NCBI GenBank assembly: GCA_937926175.1
Contig: CALANV010000058.1
Span: forward strand, 47,544 to 111,543
Length of the DNA stretch: 64,000 bases
From: an uncultured Rhodospirillales bacterium
GTDB lineage: Bacteria; Pseudomonadota; Alphaproteobacteria; CACIAM-22H2
Direction of reading: 5' to 3'
The stretch's first letter is position 1. Each line of letters begins with the position of its first letter. Positions 19,890 to 28,605 of this stretch are shown here, in pieces. The translations under genes were made by a program, and so were the position numbers. Under the pieces are notes generated by a model. The model was given only the letters and a program-made list of their open reading frames with translations, was not told the DNA's origin and ran no database searches.

Positions 19890-20401
19890 TTGACCCTCCG
19901 CAGGGTCGGGCTGCCGGCCGCGGCGAGAAGCTGCCGCAACCGCTCGCGGCCGCGGTGCAGCCGGCTCATGACGGTGCCAATCGGCACGCCAAGGCTCGCG
20001 GCCGCCTCCTGGTAGCTCATGCCCTCGAGTCCGACGAGCAGGATCACCTGGCGCTGATCAGGCGGCAGCTGCGTGAGCGCGGCGTCGATCGAGGCGACCT
20101 CCAGCCCGTCCTCCTGCGCGGGGCGCGTCGGCGCAATCACGCCGGGTGCATCGACCGGCACCGTCGCCGGCCGCCGCGTCGCGTTACGGACCGCGTTGGC
20201 GTGGAGGTTGTGCATGATCGTGAACAGCCAGGTGCGCAAGTTGCTGCCTTCCCGCCACAGATGAAACCGGCTCCAGGCCCGCTCGAGGCAGTCCTGGACA
20301 AGGTCGTCGGCCAGGACCCGGTCGCCGATGAGCGCGCGCGCATAGCGCCGCAGATGCGGAATCTGCGCGATGATTGGATGCTCTGGCGGCACGCGGGTCA
20401 T
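19886..20401 (-). CDS. RNA polymerase ECF-subfamily sigma-70 factor
   Basis: Sigma-70 region 2 (DDLVQDCLERAW) and region 4 (MSYQEAAASLGVPIGTVMSRLHRGR). Confidence 0.9.
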   Translation of the reverse strand: MTRVPPEHPIIAQIPHLRRYARALIGDRVLADDLVQDCLERAWSRFHLWREGSNLRTWLFTIMHNLHANAVRNATRRPATVPVDAPGVIAPTRPAQEDGLEVASIDAALTQLPPDQRQVILLVGLEGMSYQEAAASLGVPIGTVMSRLHRGRERLRQLLAAAGSPTLRRVK

Positions 20402-20458
20402 ACGCCCGGGGGCGCAGCCCGACCGGATCCGTGGATCCGGCCGGGTGCGTGGCTGGCG

Positions 20459-20704
20459 CTATTGGATCTTCAGGATTTGCTTGGCCTCGCTGAGCTTCTG
20501 CATCGACTCGTCGTGCTTACCCGCCTTGTGCAGCTCCTCGCCTTCCTTGCGGAGCTGCGTCACCTTCTCTTTGTCCGCGGCGGACAATTGCGCGCTGGCC
20601 ATCGCCTGATCGATCTGGCGCATATTGGCCGGGCACTGGGTCGCAAAGGCTGGGGGCGCGAGCAGGGCCAGACCGACGGCGGCAAACAGGGTATGTTTGA
20701 TCAT
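20459..20704 (-). CDS. small secreted protein (signal peptide, 81 aa), first gene of the ECF sigma operon
   Basis: MIKHTLFAAVGLALLAPPAFATQCPANMRQ... with SD GGGAGA. ECF-like promoter and a perfect 9-bp-stem palindrome in the 5'UTR. Confidence 0.6.
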   Translation of the reverse strand: MIKHTLFAAVGLALLAPPAFATQCPANMRQIDQAMASAQLSAADKEKVTQLRKEGEELHKAGKHDESMQKLSEAKQILKIQ

Positions 20705-20838
20705 CGTTGCGTCTCCCATTCTCGGCCGCCACCCGGTTTCTCGTGGCGGCCGAGCATACTAACACGGACGCATCGGCCTTATTCCGGCCCGTCGGTGTTA
20801 ACGATCGATTAGGAGAGATCCCGCCAGACTTGCGGCGT

Positions 20839-21153
20839 ATGCAGATTCCGCCCAGCACATCGCTGCTTCACGCCCTCTCCCGGCTCGCCGAAACGCAGGC
20901 GAACGCCGCGCCGCATCAGGCCGCTGCGCAGCAGCCGGCGGCATCGTCCGCGCCCGCCCGCCCGGTGACGCCGCCCGAGGCGGCCCGCGCCGCGGCGAAG
21001 GCTGCCTTCCAGAACCTGAAGGCATCGTCCGCGGCATCGGCTGCGACCAGCAAACCGGCGGCCGATCCGTCGGCAGCGCCGAGTGCGGCGCCGAACGCGC
21101 CGCCGACGGCCAAGGTCCTGCCGCGCGGCAGCTTCATCAACATGGTCGTCTGA
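20839..21153 (+). CDS. hypothetical Ala/Pro-rich protein (104 aa), low confidence
   Basis: MQIPPSTSLLHALSRLAETQANAAP...PRGSFINMVV. High GC3 consistent with coding, but low complexity and a weak SD. Confidence 0.3.
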   Translation: MQIPPSTSLLHALSRLAETQANAAPHQAAAQQPAASSAPARPVTPPEAARAAAKAAFQNLKASSAASAATSKPAADPSAAPSAAPNAPPTAKVLPRGSFINMVV

Positions 21154-21245
21154 CCGGGCGCGTTCGTCCCCGGCGCCGGCGTACGTTCAAACGGGGCATG
21201 CCGACCGGCTTGCGGAGGCATCCTGCCTCGCGCCAGATTAATCGC

Positions 21246-21782
21246 ATGACCGCGAAGCCCGCCGGCCCTTCCGTCCGCGCCGTGCCCGACGGCGACACGC
21301 GCGAGCGCCTGATCTGCCCCGACTGCGGGTTCGTTCAGTACGACAATCCGAAGATCGTCGTCGGTTCCGTCGTGCGCTGGCAGGACAAGGTGCTGCTGTG
21401 CCGCCGCAGCATCATGCCGCGCAAGGGATTCTGGACACTTCCGGCCGGTTATCTCGAACTCAACGAAAGCGCGATGGACGGGGCACGGCGCGAGGCCTGG
21501 GAAGAGGCGCGCGCCCGCATCGTCATCGACGGGCTGCTCGCCGTGTACAACATCCCGCGCCTCAGCCAAGTGCAGCTCATCTTCCGCGCCCGGCTCGAGA
21601 CGCCCGATATCGCCGCGGGACCGGAAAGCGAGGAAGTCGGCCTGTTCAGCTGGGACGAGATACCGTGGGACGACCTGGCGTTTCCGTCGGTCCACTGGGC
21701 GCTCAATCACTGGCGCGAGGTCGGCGAGGCGCGCGAGTTCTGCGCCCGCACCAATCCGCCCGGCGAGACGGGCGGCCACTGA
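21246..21782 (+). CDS. NUDIX hydrolase with N-terminal zinc-ribbon
   Basis: CPDCGFVQYDNPK zinc ribbon, then a NUDIX box region (GYLELNESAMDGARREAWEEA). Confidence 0.85.
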   Translation: MTAKPAGPSVRAVPDGDTRERLICPDCGFVQYDNPKIVVGSVVRWQDKVLLCRRSIMPRKGFWTLPAGYLELNESAMDGARREAWEEARARIVIDGLLAVYNIPRLSQVQLIFRARLETPDIAAGPESEEVGLFSWDEIPWDDLAFPSVHWALNHWREVGEAREFCARTNPPGETGGH

Positions 21783-21800
21783 GAAATCACGGCGCCGCCG

Positions 21801-22652
21801 CTACAACGGTATGTGCATCAGGAGGAGGCCGCCGACAATGAGCGCGGCGGCAATGACACGTCGGGCGCCGAAGGCTTCGCGCAGCAGAACGGTGCCGATC
21901 ACGGCCCCGAACAGGGCGGACGTCTCGCGCAGCGCCGCGACATGCGCCATGGCGCCGAGGCTGAGCGCCCAGATGGCGATGCCGTAACCGATCGTCGCGA
22001 TGACGCCGCCGGTGATGCCGCGCCAGGCGTGGTTGCGCAGATAGGGCACGATGGCGCGGCCGCGCTGCATGATCGCGACGATCATCACCCACGGTCCCTC
22101 GAGCACGTTGAGCCAGGCGATGTAGCTGAGCGCGTCGTTCGAGGCGCGGGCGCCGAGGCCGTCGACGATCGTGTAGGCGGCGATCGTGGCACCGGTCGCG
22201 ATCGCATAGAGCGTGGGCCGCCATTCCGCCGCGCGGGGCAGACCGTTCGACAGCGCGAGCGCGATGATGCCGACGGAGACGAGGCTGACACCCGCTGCCT
22301 CGCCGGCCGTCAGATGTTCGCCGAGCAGGGCGGCGGACGGGAGGGCGACCAGGAGCGGTCCGAGGCCGCGTGCAATCGGATAGACGTGACTGAGATCGCC
22401 ATGCGCGTAGGCGCGCAGCAGGAAGAAATAGTAGGCATTATGGATCAGGGTGGACGCGATCAGGAAGGGCCACGCCGCGGCATTGGGCAGGGGCAGAAAC
22501 GGGGCCACGATCAGGCCCATCACGGTGCCGACGAACATGACGAGCGCGAACGAAACCAGCTGATCCTTGTCGGACTTGACGATGGCGTTCCAGCTCGCGT
22601 GGATGAGCGCCGACAGCAGGATGAGAGCGACGACGAGGAGATCGAGTTTCAT
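21801..22652 (-). CDS. EamA/DMT-superfamily transporter
   Basis: MKLDLLVVALILLSALIHASWNAIVK... 10-TM EamA-like repeats. The upstream in-frame ORF extension to 22826 is Arg/Ser-rich junk. Confidence 0.75.
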   Translation of the reverse strand: MKLDLLVVALILLSALIHASWNAIVKSDKDQLVSFALVMFVGTVMGLIVAPFLPLPNAAAWPFLIASTLIHNAYYFFLLRAYAHGDLSHVYPIARGLGPLLVALPSAALLGEHLTAGEAAGVSLVSVGIIALALSNGLPRAAEWRPTLYAIATGATIAAYTIVDGLGARASNDALSYIAWLNVLEGPWVMIVAIMQRGRAIVPYLRNHAWRGITGGVIATIGYGIAIWALSLGAMAHVAALRETSALFGAVIGTVLLREAFGARRVIAAALIVGGLLLMHIPL

Positions 22653-22677
22653 TGCGGACGTTTGCGTTCCGTCCGCG

Positions 22678-23619
22678 TCAGACCGGCGCGGGCATCGCGT
22701 CGGCCGGGATGATGGCGCCGCGATGCTGGACGACCGCACCCGCGACCGCATGGCCGTGTCCGACGGCCGCGTCGATCGGCAGGCCGGCGATGCGTGCGGC
22801 GAGATAGCCGCCGTTGAATGCGTCACCGGCCGCGGTCGTGTCGACCACGTTCGCGACAGGTTGTGCCGCGACCTCGATCACCGCGCCGCCGTCGGAGGCC
22901 AGTACCGGCTCGCTGCCGTTCTTGACGGCGATCTCGCCGACGCCGAGGGCCTGGAGCCGGGCGATGGTCGCGCGTGGATCCGCATCGCCGAACAGCATCT
23001 GTTCGTCGCCGAAGGTCGGTAACGCCACATCGGTTCGCCGCAGAACCTCGACATAGGCACGGCGCGCGGCCCCGGGATCCGGCCAGTTGCGCGGCCGGTG
23101 ATTGCTGTCGAACACGACCCGGCCGCCGCGGGCGCGGGCGCGATCGAGCGTCGCCAGCAGCCGCGCACGACCCGCCTCGTCGAGGATCGAGACGGTGATG
23201 CCCGACAGGTAGAGCCAGTCATAGCCGGCGAGCGCCGCCGACAGCTCCTCGCCGGCCGTGCCGTCGAACATGGCGCGCGCTGCCGCCTCGCGCCGCCAGT
23301 AGTAGAACGTGCGCTCGCCCTTGGCGTCGGTGCGGATCGCATAGAGGCCCGGCAGGCGATCGGGCCGCGTGCCGACGAGGTCGGTTCCCACACCCTCGCG
23401 CGCGAAGAAGGCCCGCATCGCCGCGCTGTAGGGATCGGTGCCGAGTGCAGTGGCGTAATCGACCTTGAATCCGCGCGCGCGCCCGGCGCGCACGAGATAG
23501 ACGGCGGTGTTGAACGTGTCGCCGCCGAAGGCGAGCTCCAGACGATCCTCGGACAGATGACGCAGTTCGATCATGCATTCGCCGATGGCGGCGATGCGGG
23601 GCGAGGCGGATTGCGGCAC
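22678..23619 (-). CDS. kdgK: PfkB-family sugar kinase, 2-dehydro-3-deoxygluconokinase-like
   Basis: Ribokinase-fold motifs: GGDTFNTAVYL at the N-terminus, DTTAAGDAFNGGYL near the C-terminus. Confidence 0.8.
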   Translation of the reverse strand: MPQSASPRIAAIGECMIELRHLSEDRLELAFGGDTFNTAVYLVRAGRARGFKVDYATALGTDPYSAAMRAFFAREGVGTDLVGTRPDRLPGLYAIRTDAKGERTFYYWRREAAARAMFDGTAGEELSAALAGYDWLYLSGITVSILDEAGRARLLATLDRARARGGRVVFDSNHRPRNWPDPGAARRAYVEVLRRTDVALPTFGDEQMLFGDADPRATIARLQALGVGEIAVKNGSEPVLASDGGAVIEVAAQPVANVVDTTAAGDAFNGGYLAARIAGLPIDAAVGHGHAVAGAVVQHRGAIIPADAMPAPV

Positions 23620-23860
23620 GGGCTCTCCTGGGCGATGCGACCATGAAAGAATACGCGCTCCGCTTGCGGAACGCGCGCACGGCGAACGGCGTGCCGCTAC
23701 GGTTTAGGGCGATCGGGCAAATCTGACAACTGCATGGTCGGTGCGGCTGATGGTTCCGCCGGCGCATGGCCGGCGGACGTACGTGGCAGGCAGGTCGGCG
23801 CAGGCCCGGGTGGGACGCAACCTTGAAGTCCCGTACGGCCGCCGTTTATCTAGGGGCCGG

Positions 23861-23908
23861 CGCGGGGACGACCCCGCGTTCCGTTCTTTGCGGCAGGGAC
23901 GACCCTGC
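23861..23908 (+). promoter_or_regulatory. guanidine-II (mini-ykkC) riboswitch: two hairpins with ACGA tetraloops
   Basis: Hairpin 1 CGCGGGG-ACGA-CCCCGCG (23861-23878), a 14-nt linker, hairpin 2 GCAGGG-ACGA-CCCTGC (23893-23908). About 20 nt upstream of the sugE SD and TTG start. Confidence 0.8.
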
Positions 23909-23928
23909 ACCACTGGCGAGGTGCATCA

Positions 23929-24246
23929 TTGGCCTGGATCGTCCTGATTCTCGCAGGTCTTTTCGAAGTCGGCTGGGCCGTGGGGCTCAAGTTCACCGAC
24001 GGGTTTACGCGGATCATACCGACGCTCGCGACGGTGCTGTCGATGATCGCCAGTCTCGGTCTGCTCGGGCTCGCGCTCAAGGAACTGCCGCTCGGCACGG
24101 CCTACGCGGTCTGGACGGGCATCGGCACGATCGGTACGGCGCTGGTCGGCATCGTGCTGTTCGGCGAGGCGGCGACGGTGGCCCGTCTCACGTCGATCGG
24201 TCTCATCGTCGCCGGCATCGTCGGGCTCAAGCTCGCCAACGGTTGA
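23929..24246 (+). CDS. sugE: SMR-family guanidinium/quaternary-ammonium exporter
   Basis: (M)[25 protein letters not shown]... 4-TM SMR with the conserved Glu. TTG start with SD GGCGAGG. Confidence 0.9.
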   Translation: MAWIVLILAGLFEVGWAVGLKFTDGFTRIIPTLATVLSMIASLGLLGLALKELPLGTAYAVWTGIGTIGTALVGIVLFGEAATVARLTSIGLIVAGIVGLKLANG

Positions 24247-24272
24247 GCGGCATCAGCGAAACGCCGCAGCCC

Positions 24273-24320
24273 AAAAAAGGAAATGCGTTGGGTGGTGTGG
24301 CCGCCCAACGCATTCTGTAG
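24273..24320. terminator. bidirectional Rho-independent terminator (11-bp stem) between sugE and the micro-ORF
   Basis: aaaaaaGGAAATGCGTTGGGtggtgtggccgCCCAACGCATTctg. An A-run lies on the plus side and TCCTTTTTT on the minus side. Confidence 0.75.
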
Positions 24321-24368
24321 GTTAACCTATAGTGCAAATTGCTTATTCTAACGCACCGAACGAAGAAG

Positions 24369-24419
24369 TTACTTCTTCTTCTTCGCGGTCTTCTTCTTTG
24401 CTTTCTTCTTCGCTGCCAT
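24369..24419 (-). CDS. 16-aa poly-lysine micro-ORF MAAKKKAKKKTAKKKK
   Basis: Canonical SD AAAGGAG 8 nt upstream of the ATG, rare in this GC-rich genome. TAA stop. The terminator above lies about 50 nt downstream. Embedded in an AT-rich island. Confidence 0.4.
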   Translation of the reverse strand: MAAKKKAKKKTAKKKK

Positions 24420-24761
24420 GTTTGAGACTCCTTTTTCCGATGTGCCGGATCGACGCGGGCGCGAGAGGAGACGGATTTGTGGGTGCGAAGCGATGATGTT
24501 CCCGTCCGATCGAACGACGCCCACCCCTACGGATCGATCCGAACGCGTATAGAGCATCAGCAAAATCAACCCGGTGTCAACTAAATTCAATATGCAGGGG
24601 CTTGACAAAAGCCATCTACAATATCGTGCGGCCGCCACGAAACCTGGGCCCTGCCGGCCAGTGGAACTCAAGATGCGGGTAGAGCCGCGCCGGACGGAAA
24701 AGGGGAAAGTCGCGCCAACCTCCAGGCTTTGGCCACAGGCGCTGGATGAGGGGGCGACGCC

Positions 24762-25673
24762 TCAGGACAGGCCGAGCAGACCCTTGGCGAACTCTTCCGG
24801 CGTGAACGGGGCGAGATCCTCGACCCCTTCGCCGACGCCGACGGCGACGACGGGGATCGCGAATTTCTCCGCGATCGCGACGAGGACGCCGCCGCGCGCG
24901 CTGCCGTCGAGTTTCGTCACGACCAGTCCGTTGACCTCGACCATCGACTTGAAGGTCTCCACCTGGGCCAGCGCGTTCTGGCCGGTCGTCGCATCGAGCG
25001 TCAGCAGCACGCTGTGCGGCGCGCTCGGGTCGAGCTTGCGCAGGACGCGGATGATCTTCTGGAGCTCCGCCATCAGGTCGGCCTTGTTGTGGAGCCGTCC
25101 GGCGGTATCGATGAACAGCAGGTCCATGTTCTCGGCGCGTGCCCGTTCGAGCGCCTGATAGGCGAGGGCGGCCGGATCGCCACGCTCCGGCCCGGTGACC
25201 ACGGGAACGCCCGCGCGCTCGCCCCAGATCTTGAGCTGGCTCACCGCCGCGGCGCGGAAGGTGTCGCAGGCGGCGATCATGACGCGCCAGCCGGCATTGC
25301 TGTAGCCGTAGGCGAACTTGCCGATGGTGGTCGTCTTGCCGGTGCCGTTGACGCCGACGACGAGAACGACATGCGGCTTGCGCGTCTCGTCGGGATCAAA
25401 GGTCTTCGCGACCGGCGCGAGGATCTTGGCGATCTCCTCGGCGAACACGCCGCGCACCGCGGCCGGGTCGACGTTCTCGAAGCGGCGGCCGCGCAGACCG
25501 TCGACGACGCGCCGTGCGACGGCAGGACCGAGATCGGCGGCGATCAGGGCCTCCTCGAGTTCCTCCAGCGCGGCGTCGTCGAGCTTGCGTCCGCCGAGCA
25601 CCTGGTTGATGCCGTCGACGAGGCGGTTGGAAGACCGGGACAGTCCGTCTTTGAGGCGTTGAAACCAACTCAT
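24762..25673 (-). CDS. ftsY: signal recognition particle receptor
   Basis: MSWFQRLKDGLSRSSNRL... NG domain with GVNGTGKTTTIGK and DTAGR motifs. Short alphaproteobacterial form. Confidence 0.95.
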   Translation of the reverse strand: MSWFQRLKDGLSRSSNRLVDGINQVLGGRKLDDAALEELEEALIAADLGPAVARRVVDGLRGRRFENVDPAAVRGVFAEEIAKILAPVAKTFDPDETRKPHVVLVVGVNGTGKTTTIGKFAYGYSNAGWRVMIAACDTFRAAAVSQLKIWGERAGVPVVTGPERGDPAALAYQALERARAENMDLLFIDTAGRLHNKADLMAELQKIIRVLRKLDPSAPHSVLLTLDATTGQNALAQVETFKSMVEVNGLVVTKLDGSARGGVLVAIAEKFAIPVVAVGVGEGVEDLAPFTPEEFAKGLLGLS

Positions 25674-26974
25674 GAAAGATGTCCGATCAGGCCGTCGGCG
25701 TCGCCGCCGACGATGCGGGTTGAAACGATGGCGCCTCGGGGCGCCGTTCCGTTGAGGCGCACGCGGACGAAGTGCTCGCAATAGCCCTCGCGGCCGCTGC
25801 GCTCGACGAGGACGCGCGCCGTCGTGCCAATGCGCCTCGCGGCGAAACGCGCGCGCGCCGCCCGCGCCGCCGCACGCAGCCGTTCGGCCCGCGCGCGCAC
25901 GACCCGGCCCGGGAGCTGCGGCATCCGCGCCGCCGGGGTGCCGGGCCGCGGCGAGAACGGAAAGACGTGCACGAAGGCGAGGTCCATTTCCTCGATGAGG
26001 CGCAGCGTGTTCGCGAACATCGCCTCGTCCTCGGTCGGGAAACCGGCGATCAGATCCGCGCCGAGCGCCACATCGGCCCGCGCGGCCCGCGCCCGTGCCG
26101 CGACGGCCAGTGCCTGGTCCCGGGAATGGCGCCGCTTCATGCGCTTCAGGATCAGATCGTCGCCGGCCTGGAGGCTCAGGTGCAGGTGCGGCATCAGGCG
26201 CGGCTCGTCGGCGAGCAGCGCGAACACGTCGTCGTCGATCGCAGCGGGATCGAGTGAGGAGAGTCTGAGGCGGCGCAGTTCCGGCACCTCGGCGAGGATG
26301 CGGCGGGCGAGCGCGCCGAGGCGCATGCGGCCAGGCAGGTCGGCGCCGTAGGACGTCAGGTCGACGCCGGTGAGGACGACCTCGGCGTGACCGGCGTCGA
26401 CGCAGGCACGCACCCGCCGCACGACGTTATCGGCGGGAACCGAGCGGCTGGGACCGCGCGCGAAGGGAATGATGCAGAACGTGCAGCGGTGGTCGCAGCC
26501 CTGCTGCACCTCGACGAAGGCGCGCGTCTGGGCGGCATCGGCGGTGACGGCAAGATCGGCGTCGGCCTCGCGTGCCGTCATGACGTCGCCGACGGCAACG
26601 CGTCGGGCCGCGGCATCCGGCCGCCACGTCTCCGGTGTCAGTTTTTCGATGTTACCGACGACGCGGTCGATCTCGGGCATGGCGGCGAACCGGTCCGGAT
26701 GGATCTGCGCGGCGCAGCCCGTGACGACGATGCGGACCCCGGGCCGCTCGCGCCGCAGGCGCCGGATCGTCTGCCGCGCCTGCCGTTCGGCTTCCGCCGT
26801 TACGGCACAGGTGTTGATGACGACCGTGTCGGTGGCGCCGGCTTCGCGGACGAGCGTGGCGATGCGCTGCGACTCGCGCATATTGAGCCGGCAGCCGAAG
26901 GTGATGACCTGCGGCGCCGTGCGCTCGTCGCGATCGGGAAGCGGAGAGTGAACGGCGGCCGCGGCGTGGTCCAT
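25670..26974 (-). CDS. mtaB: tRNA (t6A37) methylthiotransferase
   Basis: Radical-SAM CxxxCxxC (CDHRCTFC), N-terminal MTTase domain, TRAM domain. ATGA overlap with ftsY. Confidence 0.85.
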   Translation of the reverse strand: MDHAAAAVHSPLPDRDERTAPQVITFGCRLNMRESQRIATLVREAGATDTVVINTCAVTAEAERQARQTIRRLRRERPGVRIVVTGCAAQIHPDRFAAMPEIDRVVGNIEKLTPETWRPDAAARRVAVGDVMTAREADADLAVTADAAQTRAFVEVQQGCDHRCTFCIIPFARGPSRSVPADNVVRRVRACVDAGHAEVVLTGVDLTSYGADLPGRMRLGALARRILAEVPELRRLRLSSLDPAAIDDDVFALLADEPRLMPHLHLSLQAGDDLILKRMKRRHSRDQALAVAARARAARADVALGADLIAGFPTEDEAMFANTLRLIEEMDLAFVHVFPFSPRPGTPAARMPQLPGRVVRARAERLRAAARAARARFAARRIGTTARVLVERSGREGYCEHFVRVRLNGTAPRGAIVSTRIVGGDADGLIGHLS

Positions 26975-27002
26975 GGTCCTCGATGCGTGATGCGCTGCCC
27001 GG

Positions 27003-27839
27003 TCAGGCGGCGCGTTGCGGCAGTTCGCCGGTGAAGCTGACTGCGACGGGCCCGGTCATCAGCACGTGGCCGTTCTCGAGCCACTCGATCTCGAGTTCGC
27101 CACCGTCGAGCACGAGGTTCGCCCGGCGGCCGGTAAGCCCGCGCCGTACGGCGGCAACGAGTGCGGCGCATGCGCCCGAGCCGCAGGCGCGTGTGATGCC
27201 GGCGCCGCGTTCCCACACGCGCAGGCGCACGCGATCCGGCGCCAGGACCTGTGCCACGCCGATGTTCGCGCGTTCGGGAAAGATCGGGTGATGCTCGAGC
27301 ACGGGACCGAGACTGGCGAGGTCGATGCGCGCGACGTCGTCGACGAAGAACACGGCGTGCGGATTGCCCATGCTGACGGCAACCGGATTCCGGAGCGGGC
27401 CGAGCTCGAGCGGAACGTTGTTCGTGTCGGCCGGCTCCTTCAGCGGAATGTCGCGCCAGTCGAGCCGCGCCGGTCCCATGTCCACGGTGACGCGCCCGCC
27501 CGTCGCCCGGGTCGCATCGAGCAGCCCGGCCCGGGTCTCGACGACGAGACGATCGCGCCCGTTCTCCTTCATCAGGAGATCGGCCACGCAGCGGGTCGCG
27601 TTGCCGCAGGCGCCGACCTCGCTGCCGTCGGCGTTGAGGATGCGCATGAACACGTCGGCAACGGCCGGATTCTTCGGCCGCTCCATGATGATGACCTGGT
27701 CGCAGCCGATCCCCGTATGACGGTCGGCGATCGCGCGCGCCTCCTCCTCGCTGAGCGCGAACGGATGCTCCCGGGCATCGAAGACGACGAAATCGTTGCC
27801 CAGGCCGTGCATCTTGATGAAGGAGCGGGCGCGGCTCAT
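27003..27839 (-). CDS. dapF: diaminopimelate epimerase
   Basis: [21 protein letters not shown]...GNPH...CGSGACA catalytic Cys motifs. The upstream part of ORF 27003..29117 is non-coding artefact. Confidence 0.9.
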   Translation of the reverse strand: MSRARSFIKMHGLGNDFVVFDAREHPFALSEEEARAIADRHTGIGCDQVIIMERPKNPAVADVFMRILNADGSEVGACGNATRCVADLLMKENGRDRLVVETRAGLLDATRATGGRVTVDMGPARLDWRDIPLKEPADTNNVPLELGPLRNPVAVSMGNPHAVFFVDDVARIDLASLGPVLEHHPIFPERANIGVAQVLAPDRVRLRVWERGAGITRACGSGACAALVAAVRRGLTGRRANLVLDGGELEIEWLENGHVLMTGPVAVSFTGELPQRAA

Positions 27840-28605
27840 GCCCGCGATATATGGCACCGGCGGGCGGGAAAGCCAATGGAGGTGCGGCGCCGCGTCGTAG
27901 GCACGCGGCGCCGCAGCAGGGACGGTCCGGCCGATTCTGGAGGCGAAGGGGACGAAAGCGGCCGGGGCCCCGAAGGAAACGGGATCGGTCTTCGGTCCGG
28001 GTGCTACATCATGCCGGCGATCGTTGCTATGACGACGAAGAGCGGCGCCAGCATCGAGGCGCGCCACATGGCATCCGCGCGTTCGGCCGATTGAGCTTTG
28101 CGCATATGACCTCCTCTCTCGTCCGAGGTCCCGCGCCGGAAGGGAGCACGGCGCGGGACGCTTCGGCCGCGATATTGCGGAAAGCGTGCCAGGCCGGGGG
28201 CGGCGCTGCCGGCCGGGATCAAGTGCCGGGAACGGCAGCGGTTTGCGCCGGTCGCGAAAATACCGCTCAAATCCGGTGCGGCGGCGCGTCCGTCGCAATT
28301 TGCAGCGGGGCCGTTGCGAAATGCGGTGCGGCGGGATTTGTTCGATTTCGTCCGGTATTTTCGTCGACCGACGCGGACTTGACGGCCGCCGGCCCGGCGG
28401 GTAGGGTCCGCGCCGTTCAAGGGACAATCGAGCCCCTTGGGCCCAGTCTCTCCTGAGCGAGACGGGTCTCCCCCAGTCCGCGAGTGTCGCGCACTGGGGC
28501 GCTCGTGTTTGTGCAGGTCCCCTCGCCGCGGCAAGCGCGGCACGGGGACCGGAACCAAGGTCCTCGCCATCCCTGCCGGCGGGCGAGGACGACAGGTAGG
28601 ACCGA

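Noticed and set aside
24590-24635. TTGACA...TACAAT boxes near 24602-24626 as a sigma-70 promoter
   Set aside because: The spacer is only 9 nt, incompatible with a functional -35/-10 pair. The hexamers are probably a by-product of the AT-rich island.
28150-28320. SRP (4.5S) RNA-like motif in the dapF-ffh intergenic region: a TGCCG-GGAA-CGGCA tetraloop hairpin preceded by CCAGGCCGGG
   Set aside because: It resembles the domain-IV GGAA tetraloop only superficially. The conserved AGGUCAGG / AGCAGCC internal-loop sequences and the long closing helix are absent. Without a covariance-model hit it is most likely just leader or promoter DNA.
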